A DNA stretch of 59,956 nucleotides from Escherichia phage vB_EcoS_ESCO3. Position numbers and translations under genes: made by a program. The DNA is taken from the sequence record OM386652.1, one strand, 5' to 3'. The notes under the pieces are model-generated. The model saw nothing but the letters and a program-made list of their open reading frames with translations, had not been told where the DNA came from and searched no databases. Positions 27,653 to 35,248 of the stretch are shown one piece after another (within the stretch, counting starts at the first letter, position 1; each line of letters starts with the position of its first letter).

Positions 27653-27901
27653 TTATTTACTAGTTAATAATACCGCCCAGGTATTATCTGGAAGCGTACC
27701 AACTCCAAGTATCTTAAACTGAAGTGACTTGTTTTGTATGTTGTAGTTGTCGAGTAACTCCTGGGCAGCGGCAGCGGCGTTCGCTTCACCGCTCAGGTTG
27801 TAGTCGTTTGCAGTTATTGCACACATACCGAGGCCGACTGCTTTGAAGCGCATACCTTTGGATTGAGTCGGTGCCAGTGCTTTGACATGGATAGCGTTCA
27901 T
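27653..27901 (-). CDS. hypothetical small early protein (family B, copy 1)
   Basis: 82 aa. Paralogous to 28431..28676: both share a central AAA.EL segment and a C-terminal G..LPD motif. Confidence 0.45.
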   Translation of the reverse strand: MNAIHVKALAPTQSKGMRFKAVGLGMCAITANDYNLSGEANAAAAAQELLDNYNIQNKSLQFKILGVGTLPDNTWAVLLTSK

Positions 27902-27930
27902 ATTATTTATCTCCGTTACAATTTGAAAGG

Positions 27931-28188
27931 TTAGCAGTTTTTTAACATGTTAATGAAGCCCGCCAGCGTGGACGCTGTTGCAACCAGGCGACCCATAGTA
28001 TGCAGTTCGGCGTGAACTTTACCGTCGTCGAATACAGTTAAATAAACGTTAAGACCATTGCAACGGACGCGATATTTGCGCGAGTTATTATCGAAAGTTT
28101 CTAGCTCTGCGGTGATAGTCGCAAGATTAGCTATACGTTTGCCGATAATGCGGCGAGTGATAGTGGACTGGTTTAATACTGTAGACAT
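27931..28188 (-). CDS. hypothetical small early protein (family A, copy 1)
   Basis: 85 aa. N-terminal motif STITRRIIGKRIANL is shared with 29502..29807 (SQITKRIIGKRLHQL). Confidence 0.45.
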   Translation of the reverse strand: MSTVLNQSTITRRIIGKRIANLATITAELETFDNNSRKYRVRCNGLNVYLTVFDDGKVHAELHTMGRLVATASTLAGFINMLKNC

Positions 28189-28430
28189 AATAATTTCCTC
28201 TGTTAACTATGCGAAGTGCATATTATTGCCCACTGTTACTATGGGCAATGTATATGTCACTCAGCGGACACATATTCTAACGCTTCTGATAGTGTAGCGA
28301 AGTGACCATCACTCATCAGATTAATAGCGTACTCAAGTTGATCTCGGGTCAGGTTGCGAAACTTGTTGCGGATGTGATAGCAACGACCGCGATAAATAAC
28401 CTGGAAATAATTGCGTTCCATAATTATCCC

Positions 28431-28676
28431 TTAAGCAACGATGAACGCATAACCGCTTTGATCCGGGAGCTCACCGCCGGCAACAATCTCAAATTCAACG
28501 CCCGCTTTATCGTTGAACTTTTTGATAAGCTCTTCCGCTGCGGCGCGGTGGTTGCCGTAAACACCCAAATCGTCACGCCATGTGATAGTCAAGGAGCCGT
28601 TCCAGCCTGTTGCTTTTACGCGCGGGGCGCGAGCGGCAGTCGGGTTCATGAATTTTGTGATGATAGCTTGAGCCAT
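28431..28676 (-). CDS. hypothetical small early protein (family B, copy 2)
   Basis: 81 aa; paralog of 27653..27901. Confidence 0.45.
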   Translation of the reverse strand: MAQAIITKFMNPTAARAPRVKATGWNGSLTITWRDDLGVYGNHRAAAEELIKKFNDKAGVEFEIVAGGELPDQSGYAFIVA

Positions 28677-28681
28677 GATAA

Positions 28682-28900
28682 TTACTCCGGTAAAATTACA
28701 GTGACGTTAATATTTGCAATGCGAGCGCACTCGCGGAAACCTTTTACATAAGCATCCATTTCATCATAGGATGCGAAAGTTGCGTCCGGGACTGGTCCGT
28801 TGTTAATATTCACACAATATTCGTGTTCGTCCAGGTCTACCCAACAATTCAGAACTATAGTTCCCATATTATTTGCCCTCCGTATAGTACAGACCCGCAA
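28682..28900 (-). CDS. hypothetical protein
   Basis: 72-aa ORF. Confidence 0.4.
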   Translation of the reverse strand: MRVCTIRRANNMGTIVLNCWVDLDEHEYCVNINNGPVPDATFASYDEMDAYVKGFRECARIANINVTVILPE

Positions 28901-28945
28901 CTATTGGAGCTCCGAATACCAAGAACGCTAATAAGTAGAACATAA

Positions 28946-29425
28946 TTAGTTGCCCCCTTTATTGTTGAGCCCGTTGAATTTACGCCATGCGTAGAATTCA
29001 ATCGTTGCATTATTAATATTCCAACCATTAGCTTTCGCAAGGTCACGGACGTTACCAATAGTTGGCACACCATCAGGCAACATATTATCCAGAGCGTTCC
29101 AAACGTCTGCGCATTTACCTTTAATCGGACGACGAACCCCGTTGCGCGTTTCGCTGCGCGCCTTGCTCTTGGCGGGAGCGACCGGAGCTTGTTGTGTGGT
29201 CACTTCCACGACAGTCGCTTTATCAGCTTCGACCAGATCGTTGGCTGCCTTATTAACCGCGCCTTCGCTGAACCAGTAGCGGCCACCGTCTTCCATCGGC
29301 TCCTGGTGAATAAAGCTATTTGCTGTCGCTGTGTCTACGTCCAGAACCTTTTTCAAGGCACGGCGAGCGTTAGACATGTTGGTGAAAAAGCGAGCATCTT
29401 TCGCTACGCGAGTGATAGTTGCCAT
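28946..29425 (-). CDS. hypothetical early protein
   Basis: Start placed at the internal ATG at 29425 (MATITRVAK); the track ORF starts at 29440. Confidence 0.45.
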   Translation of the reverse strand: MATITRVAKDARFFTNMSNARRALKKVLDVDTATANSFIHQEPMEDGGRYWFSEGAVNKAANDLVEADKATVVEVTTQQAPVAPAKSKARSETRNGVRRPIKGKCADVWNALDNMLPDGVPTIGNVRDLAKANGWNINNATIEFYAWRKFNGLNNKGGN

Positions 29426-29501
29426 TGTAAATATCTCCATGTTGTTCTAGCGGATTGCTAGTGGGAGCCCACTGTGACAATGGGCAACCATTAGCACGCT
29501 A

Positions 29502-29807
29502 TTATTGTTGAATAGCTTTAGCTATCATTGTGATGAAGCAGAACACAGACCAAANGCTATTCGCTTGGCATACTGGGCGACCATACATTACGCTATAAGA
29601 GCTGACAGTGCCGTCTTCGTTAATGCGAACGTATAACGCGGTGCTGGAATATTTTTCGTTGCCCGGGAGCATTACCAGATACTCATCGAAATCCCAATCC
29701 CCGTCAACCTTTTCCGCTGTAAGGCCCAGCTGATGCAGGCGCTTGCCGATAATGCGCTTAGTAATCTGAGATTGGGACATGGAACGCGGTAAGTAGATAA
29801 TGGACAT
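29502..29807 (-). CDS. hypothetical small early protein (family A, copy 2)
   Basis: Start placed at the ATG at 29807 (MSIIYLPRS) with a GGGAG ribosome-binding site; the track ORF extends to 29861. Contains one ambiguous base (N at 29565). Confidence 0.45.
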   Translation of the reverse strand: MSIIYLPRSMSQSQITKRIIGKRLHQLGLTAEKVDGDWDFDEYLVMLPGNEKYSSTALYVRINEDGTVSSYSVMYGRPVCQANSXWSVFCFITMIAKAIQQ

Positions 29808-29882
29808 AATGCAATCTCCCTTCGGGTGAGGCGGGCGCGGAACCCGTGTCCCGCTTAACAACCCCCTTTACCCTACGCATTT

Positions 29883-29911
29883 ATAGTATGACAACAGGGT
29901 ATCAGATGCAA
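29883..29911 (-). promoter_or_regulatory. candidate sigma70-type early promoter (leftward)
   Basis: On the minus strand: -35 TTGCAT (29906-29911), 17-nt spacer, -10 TACTAT (29883-29888). Sits about 70 bp upstream of the first leftward gene. Confidence 0.4.
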
Positions 29912-29996
29912 CTATTATCTGCATTATTTTAGAACTTTTTTAGTTGTATTTCATAATAATAACATCCGGGACTATGTGGTAGATGGTGTGCCGGAA

Positions 29997-30059
29997 ATAC
30001 CAGGTAGCGCGAGCGTGCTGAAAATACCAGGTAACAGCACGCGCCGAACATACCAGGTA
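29997..30059. repeat. three direct repeats ATACCAGGTA (iteron-like)
   Basis: Copies at 29997-30006, 30024-30033 and 30050-30059, spaced 26-27 bp. The middle copy sits in the loop of the inverted repeat GCGTGCTG / CAGCACGC. Confidence 0.5.
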
Positions 30060-30177
30060 GCACATACATAAACAGCACATAGTGGGCAGGTCGATAGTAA
30101 CAGATGCAATTATACTGGACGGTACAGTATAGTCATGTAATAGATAGCATACTAATCAAATAAAAAATAATAACGCG

Positions 30178-30199
30178 TGTAACAATAAACAACGTTACA
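30178..30199. promoter_or_regulatory. palindromic operator-like site TGTAAC-N10-GTTACA
   Basis: Perfect 6-bp inverted-repeat half-sites; additional GTAACA half-sites nearby (30030-30240). A second TGTAAC-N6-GTTACA palindrome occurs at 57904-57921. Confidence 0.35.
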
Positions 30200-30362
30200 G
30201 TAGAGTACGCAACAGTCACATGACGTAACAATCACCTCACTGACGATCACTGGACGTTATAGTAACGCCGCGGGGCGGCTCTTAGATCTCTGCCAAGGAT
30301 TCATCGTTTGTAGATTATCTCGTCACTAGACACTTTATATCCTCACCTCACCTGCCCTATAT

Positions 30363-30391
30363 TGTTCGTATAGAATTAATTCCGTATATAA
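30363..30391 (+). promoter_or_regulatory. candidate sigma70-type promoter (rightward)
   Basis: -35 TTGTTC, 17-nt spacer, -10 TATATA; about 170 bp upstream of the first rightward gene. Confidence 0.3.
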
Positions 30392-30563
30392 ATACTCGAG
30401 ATCAGATTTACAAGATTCGGTTTCCTGTATGTGTAACTGATTTGCCGCACAAGATTTAAAGCACACGAGACAGCTAACTGTGGTTATTAATTGTTGCGGC
30501 CGGCTATGTTAATCAACTTGCGTATCCTGTTATAGTTATTCCGTTAACGTTAAAGGGGTTTAT

Positions 30564-30929
30564 ATGAACGAGAATATAGTTAAAGCCTGGTCTATCTTAC
30601 GACCACAGCTGAAAGACGATCGTGTCGCTTTTGTTTTATGTCCTGTTAACGAATATCGCCGGAAGCTCGAAGAAGTGTTGCGCGAGGATCCTGAGTTCGT
30701 TCGCTGTGTACAACTGTCGCGCGAGTCATCCGTGGTACAGTTTGATCGTTTCCACCTTCGTTTGGTTTCTCATCACAGAGCCTCGTATGAAGACACTGTT
30801 ACTCGTACGAGTGGCTTCCATTGTGATATTGCAATCCTTGACTGCAAACTGGACATTGGGCAGAAACAAAATTTATATAATCTCGCTCGTGAACGTCACG
30901 GTGAATTGTTAATTGTGGAAGTGCAATAA
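30564..30929 (+). CDS. hypothetical protein
   Basis: 121 aa; first gene of the rightward arm; GGGG ribosome-binding site before the ATG. Confidence 0.5.
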   Translation: MNENIVKAWSILRPQLKDDRVAFVLCPVNEYRRKLEEVLREDPEFVRCVQLSRESSVVQFDRFHLRLVSHHRASYEDTVTRTSGFHCDIAILDCKLDIGQKQNLYNLARERHGELLIVEVQ

Positions 30930-31267
30930 TGGCCAAAGATATCGTTATTCCGAAAATGTATTGCCAACTTCGTGATACTTTATTACAAAGTGGTTGGATT
31001 ATCAGTCACAGCGATGTAAATGACACTTATATCGTTCTTATACCACCTGAAGGAACCATATCCTGCATTTTGCACTACATGCCCGAAGCGAAAACGGTTT
31101 ATCCGAACGGGTCGTTCCTGCTTCGTTTGCGCTCCGATACATGGAAGATCCAGACGGATACTTGTGCAATTGACGAGAATACCAGTAAAGAGTTTATTCG
31201 CAAGCTAACTCAGCTGAATAAAATCTACCAGCATGTTAAATTTGATTTGTTTAAGGAAGTCTTCTAA
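30929..31267 (+). CDS. hypothetical protein
   Basis: 112 aa; start overlaps the upstream stop. Confidence 0.5.
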   Translation: MAKDIVIPKMYCQLRDTLLQSGWIISHSDVNDTYIVLIPPEGTISCILHYMPEAKTVYPNGSFLLRLRSDTWKIQTDTCAIDENTSKEFIRKLTQLNKIYQHVKFDLFKEVF

Positions 31268-31707
31268 TGATTACTATGAAAGATCGTATCGCCCATAAAA
31301 CTCAACCGACAATGATGTCTTGCATAGCTACTTGCTTGGCTATGCTTATTGATAAAGACCCGAAAGATGTGGACCAAGAATTTAGCGGTAAATATATCCG
31401 TGGACATATTGATGTTGCTAGTTATCTATATCGATACGGTATCTTTGCACAACCACATGTCACCGCTGGTATGCACCAAATCCGACCTGGGCGCTTGTAT
31501 CTTGCGACTGTACCTTCTTTGCAGTTGCCTGGGCTTTTCCATCAGATCATTATTGACGCTCGTTTTGACGGTGTGACCGTATACGACCCAGCGAAAGGTC
31601 TGGAAGGGAAACAATACTATTCCTATGACCACATTGCAGAAGAAAACGAGCTGGCGTATCCTTTGCGGTCTTTCTTGATTGATTACGAAATTATATTACC
31701 GGAGTGA
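31267..31707 (+). CDS. putative papain-fold cysteine peptidase (C39-like)
   Basis: 146 aa. KTQPTMMSCIATCLAML resembles the Q...C(G)xxCLAM active-site region of C39 peptidases; downstream HQIIIDARFDG supplies candidate His/Asp residues. Confidence 0.45.
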   Translation: MITMKDRIAHKTQPTMMSCIATCLAMLIDKDPKDVDQEFSGKYIRGHIDVASYLYRYGIFAQPHVTAGMHQIRPGRLYLATVPSLQLPGLFHQIIIDARFDGVTVYDPAKGLEGKQYYSYDHIAEENELAYPLRSFLIDYEIILPE

Positions 31708-31710
31708 TTC

Positions 31711-32064
31711 ATGAGCTTGCAACGTTTTGACAATGCAGAACTCGCGTGTGAATTTGCAAAGCGCAAGTTTGCTAAAACAGGTACGCCGCGATGCGTGCAC
31801 GCGGCTATTGGGCAAAATGGGGCAAAGTATTGGTACGTTGGTACAGTAGCTCAGATCAAGCGAAGATTCGCGACTACGCTCGAAATGCGCCGGCTTGGGT
31901 CCCCTACACTTGTACGAAACAGGCACTTGGATAAAGAGGAAATTTATCAATTTCTTAGGAATTACACTGGTAAAGAGAATAGATTTCAGGTTGCAGCGAA
32001 AGAATTTAATATCGGTCTTTCTACTGCTTATAAAATTTATCACATATATGGGCGTTTAATATGA
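31711..32064 (+). CDS. hypothetical protein with C-terminal HTH-like segment
   Basis: 117 aa; segment FQVAAKEFNIGLSTAYKIYH looks like a helix-turn-helix. Confidence 0.4.
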   Translation: MSLQRFDNAELACEFAKRKFAKTGTPRCVHAAIGQNGAKYWYVGTVAQIKRRFATTLEMRRLGSPTLVRNRHLDKEEIYQFLRNYTGKENRFQVAAKEFNIGLSTAYKIYHIYGRLI

Positions 32065-32555
32065 CCGCAATTGCTTATCGTAATGGTGTATTGGCTGTAG
32101 ATCGTCAGGTTACATGGGGTAATGTTGCAACAACTACGAATAAAGTTCATACTATCAGTATTCCGGGGATTGGTCTGTGTCTTGTTGCCATGTCTGGTAA
32201 ACTACGTGCTGTAGATGACATTGTAGAGCATCTACAAACTACGTCACGTGGACGCAAAGAACCTTTCTCAGATTTAAATCCAGATTCGCGTTATGGTATT
32301 GCTGTGACGCAGGAACTTGTCGTATATCCTATCTACGGGGATGGTAAATTAGGTCTACCGGACACTAACGAATTTATTGCGGAAGGTAGCGCGTTTGAGT
32401 TCTTGATGGGTACAATGGCGGCAGGTTGCAGTGCGGAAGAGGCTGTGAGATTGGCCTGCGAATACTGCGATAGCTGTGGTCAGGGTGTCAACTTCTATGA
32501 CGTAGCTTATACTCTGAAAATGGCGCAGTGTAAACCCGAGGAGAAACCATTTTGA
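32061..32555 (+). CDS. HslV-like Ntn-hydrolase (proteasome beta-type threonine peptidase fold)
   Basis: 164 aa. N-terminus MTAIAYRNGVLAVDRQVTWGNVATTTNK parallels the HslV N-terminus (Thr nucleophile straight after Met); internal IAEGSAFEF...AEEAVRLA parallels the HslV GSGG region. By-eye alignment only. Confidence 0.45.
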   Translation: MTAIAYRNGVLAVDRQVTWGNVATTTNKVHTISIPGIGLCLVAMSGKLRAVDDIVEHLQTTSRGRKEPFSDLNPDSRYGIAVTQELVVYPIYGDGKLGLPDTNEFIAEGSAFEFLMGTMAAGCSAEEAVRLACEYCDSCGQGVNFYDVAYTLKMAQCKPEEKPF

Positions 32556-32743
32556 AGAAACCTAAGACTGGTCTGTTCCTTTGTGTTGGTGGACCTTTTG
32601 ACGGTAAGCGTATACGCTTAACAACATCAGATTTGCATCCAAGTTCCTCCGTTTTCTCTGTTCCATCCTATAAAAATGGTGAGAAGGGGAAATACGTCTG
32701 CAATGATGAAATTCGAAATAGTGTAATCTGGAGAACATCATGA
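32552..32743 (+). CDS. hypothetical protein
   Basis: 63-aa ORF, translationally coupled. Confidence 0.35.
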   Translation: MKKPKTGLFLCVGGPFDGKRIRLTTSDLHPSSSVFSVPSYKNGEKGKYVCNDEIRNSVIWRTS

Positions 32744-32967
32744 GTGATCCTACAAATGCGCAATTATCGGCTGCAAGAGTGTATATGCGCGGAGCTGCCG
32801 CTGAGATTGAGGCTTTGCCGCAATTTGAAAAGCATGTACAGCAACTTGAACATAAATTTAAGGCTCTTAAAGATCTAGGAGATAAGAAGGACGCTATAGC
32901 ATTTCTTTTTGCTCTTCAATACTTTGTCATGGGGTCTGATGAGAAACTATGTTCCTTAGAAGAATAA
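32740..32967 (+). CDS. hypothetical protein
   Basis: 75-aa ORF. Confidence 0.35.
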   Translation: MSDPTNAQLSAARVYMRGAAAEIEALPQFEKHVQQLEHKFKALKDLGDKKDAIAFLFALQYFVMGSDEKLCSLEE

Positions 32968-33449
32968 TTGGTATGGTTGCACCTTGGATACCACTTGTCA
33001 TAATTGTTATTCTAGCCAACTGGGCTTATGACAATGCCATAGAATCAGCTAGAAAGGAGGGTTTCGATGCCGGTGTGTCGTACCAAAAAGAAACTCAGAA
33101 AGCGGTTGATTTCGAGGAGGAGAAACGAAGAGCATATGAGAAAGACACTATCGAACGTCAGTACCAATCTCGCATTGAGTCTTTGGTTGCCGATCTTAAT
33201 AATTATCGCGTTACTAATGACAGGTTGCACAACGAAATCGCAACCGTCCGTAAGTACCTCGGTGACGCTACCGGCCCTCAGCCCGACAGCAAGACAACCG
33301 CCCAGATCGCCCGTGTGCTCACCGAGCTGTATTCAGAAAGCGTCACAGAATACAGACAAGTGGCAGAAGAGGCTGAAAAGTATCGTATTGCCGGCGAGCA
33401 GTGCGAACTACAGTATGATTCAATGCGAAATCCGCGTAAAGAAAAGTGA
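32949..33449 (+). CDS. i-spanin (Rz-like)
   Basis: 166 aa. N-terminal transmembrane helix (IIGMVAPWIPLVIIVILANWAY), then a charged coiled-coil periplasmic domain; an o-spanin-like ORF is embedded in the +1 frame. Confidence 0.55.
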   Translation: MFLRRIIGMVAPWIPLVIIVILANWAYDNAIESARKEGFDAGVSYQKETQKAVDFEEEKRRAYEKDTIERQYQSRIESLVADLNNYRVTNDRLHNEIATVRKYLGDATGPQPDSKTTAQIARVLTELYSESVTEYRQVAEEAEKYRIAGEQCELQYDSMRNPRKEK

Positions 33450-33480
33450 TAAACTGCAAAGTCCTTGCTGGGTTGCGTAA
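33136..33480 (+). CDS. o-spanin (Rz1-like lipoprotein), overlapping the i-spanin gene
   Basis: Start placed at the ATG at 33136 (MRKTLSNV...). Signal sequence ending LLMTGC (lipobox-like) followed by a Pro-rich mature region. Out-of-frame overlap with Rz is the classic architecture. Confidence 0.5.
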   Translation: MRKTLSNVSTNLALSLWLPILIIIALLMTGCTTKSQPSVSTSVTLPALSPTARQPPRSPVCSPSCIQKASQNTDKWQKRLKSIVLPASSANYSMIQCEIRVKKSDKLQSPCWVA

Positions 33481-33571
33481 TTAAACGTTCAATCTTAATT
33501 GCACATAATTGATTGTGCGCATGTGATAATTCAACTATGCTCTATTCGGTTTAACTGAATGGAGCTTTTTT

Positions 33572-34006
33572 ATGACTGTGCAACCACGAGGCATCCGGAA
33601 TAACAATCCAGGAAATATTCGTTGGGGTGATAACTGGAAAGGTCTTGTTCCAGAAAACAAACGAACTGACCGTTCTTTCTGTCAGTTTATCGATGTAAAA
33701 TACGGTATTCGCGCCATTGCGCGTATTCTACTAAACTACCGCAACCGCGAAGGGATGAAGCGTGTCGGCAATAAAGGGATTGACACTGTACGGGAAATTA
33801 TTTCGCGCTGGGCTCCGCCGAATGAAAATAATACTGAAGCCTATATTCAATCCGTGTCTAAGGCTTGTGGTGTTGGTGCAGAACAGCCGATTTCAGTGAC
33901 CGATGATAAAATCATGCTCGCGATCGTGAAAGCGATTATCAGACATGAGAACGGTGTGCAACCTTATTCCGATGAAGATTTGCTCGCGGGTATCCACATG
34001 GCATAG
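33572..34006 (+). CDS. hypothetical protein, possible peptidoglycan hydrolase (endolysin candidate)
   Basis: 144 aa with conserved-looking GIRNNNPGNIRWG motif. Assignment rests on position in the lysis region and vague motif recall. Confidence 0.3.
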   Translation: MTVQPRGIRNNNPGNIRWGDNWKGLVPENKRTDRSFCQFIDVKYGIRAIARILLNYRNREGMKRVGNKGIDTVREIISRWAPPNENNTEAYIQSVSKACGVGAEQPISVTDDKIMLAIVKAIIRHENGVQPYSDEDLLAGIHMA

Positions 34007-34019
34007 TAAGAGGTTATAA

Positions 34020-34328
34020 GTGTCGCCGAACTGGGATTGGAATATAGTCTTTATTCTCACTGCCATTGCGATGGTAGGGGGTTCCCTTGGCTACGCTGCA
34101 AGAACCCATGATGCTAAAGAAAGGTTCAGACTCAGTGTCTTCATTCAAGAGGGTGCTTTTTCTGCATTCTTTGGTTTCTTGATAGGTGTAATTAACGTGG
34201 AACATGGTGTCTCACTGGGGCTCAGTGGGGCGTTCATAGGCGTGTTATCTTGGTCAGGTTCAAGAACCATGCTAAAGTTTCTACGGAGAAAAACGGAAGC
34301 ATGTGACCGAGAAAAGGAAAGAGGTTGA
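34020..34328 (+). CDS. small membrane protein (holin-like)
   Basis: About 100 aa with two or three hydrophobic helices (IVFILTAIAMVGGSLGYAA; AFSAFFGFLIGVINV; GLSGAFIGVLSW) and a charged C-terminus. The track start is non-ATG (GTG). Confidence 0.4.
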   Translation: MSPNWDWNIVFILTAIAMVGGSLGYAARTHDAKERFRLSVFIQEGAFSAFFGFLIGVINVEHGVSLGLSGAFIGVLSWSGSRTMLKFLRRKTEACDREKERG

Positions 34329-34567
34329 TTATGCGTCACTTCATCAATGATCTTCTTATATTGTGTAAGAAACCGCGATTGCTTTTCATCTATATGATGA
34401 TTGGACTTGCACAAATTGGAGTCAGTGCTATCGCCATTGATCAGATGCACAAGAGACATAGGGTAAACCTGCAACCTTCAACACCACCTGTTTATGTGGT
34501 CAACAAGGTTGAACAAATCAAACAAGACATCCGGGAGATAATGTACATTCCTAAAGCTGAAATGTAG
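34325..34567 (+). CDS. small membrane protein (holin/antiholin-like)
   Basis: 80 aa with one strong transmembrane helix (LLFIYMMIGLAQIGVSAIAI). Confidence 0.4.
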   Translation: MIMRHFINDLLILCKKPRLLFIYMMIGLAQIGVSAIAIDQMHKRHRVNLQPSTPPVYVVNKVEQIKQDIREIMYIPKAEM

Positions 34568-34581
34568 ATTGGTTTATAAGT

Positions 34582-34619
34582 AAAGCCCGCTCCTTGAATT
34601 TATATCGAGCGGGCTTTTT
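34582..34619 (+). terminator. rho-independent terminator
   Basis: 11-bp stem AAAGCCCGCTC / GAGCGGGCTTT followed by a T run; separates the lysis/early-right genes from the packaging genes. Confidence 0.7.
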
Positions 34620-34639
34620 ATTGACATTTACTATAACCC

Positions 34640-34668
34640 TTGCAATTACTTAATCCACCGCTTATATT
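34640..34668 (+). promoter_or_regulatory. candidate sigma70-type promoter for the packaging/morphogenesis operon
   Basis: -35 TTGCAA (34640-34645), 17-nt spacer, -10 TATATT (34663-34668); a TTGACA also sits at 34621-34626. Confidence 0.4.
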
Positions 34669-34696
34669 CGTGTCAAGAATCGACAGGAGTAACGTT

Positions 34697-35248
34697 ATGG
34701 TAAAGCCTATTCTACCTTGGACACGTAGCATTGAATACGAAGCCGATCTCACTAAAGAAGAGATGGCTATACGTGACTCTGTCGTTGAAGAATATCTGTT
34801 CGATTATGATTGGGTTAATGCGTGTAAACGTGTTGGCATGAGCTCCGCAATGGCGTTTGATTATGCCAAACGTTTTCAGGATGATAGCTATTGCCAAAGA
34901 CGAATCAAAGAACTTCAACAGCAGAAAGCAAGAAGTGCTGAACGTGACCGCAAATATGAAATAGAACAAGAGCGCCAGCGCATCATTGAAGGTCTTAGAT
35001 TTGAATCCACTTATCGTGGTCCTGGATCTTCTCAAGCTGCTCGTGTTGCTGCATATAAACAATTATGTAGCATCTTTGGATTTGAAGCTCCTAAGCAACA
35101 GAAGATGGATGTTGGTGTATCTACTGGTGTTATGTTGGTTCCTATGGTTGGTTCTATGGATGATTGGGAAAAAGTTGCTGGGGAGTCTCAGACTAAGCTG
35201 CAAGAGGATACTTTAAATGGACTCAATGATTCAGACACCGTCCACTAA
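34697..35248 (+). CDS. terminase small subunit (putative)
   Basis: Start placed at the ATG at 34697 after an AGGAG ribosome-binding site. Immediately upstream of and overlapping the large terminase gene. Assigned by position. Confidence 0.5.
   Translation: MVKPILPWTRSIEYEADLTKEEMAIRDSVVEEYLFDYDWVNACKRVGMSSAMAFDYAKRFQDDSYCQRRIKELQQQKARSAERDRKYEIEQERQRIIEGLRFESTYRGPGSSQAARVAAYKQLCSIFGFEAPKQQKMDVGVSTGVMLVPMVGSMDDWEKVAGESQTKLQEDTLNGLNDSDTVH

Noticed and set aside
29997-30059. Possible CRISPR array (direct repeats ATACCAGGTA)
   Set aside because: Only three 10-bp repeats with 16-17 bp unique spacers between them; far too short and too few for a CRISPR array, and no cas genes. Interpreted as iterons or binding sites.
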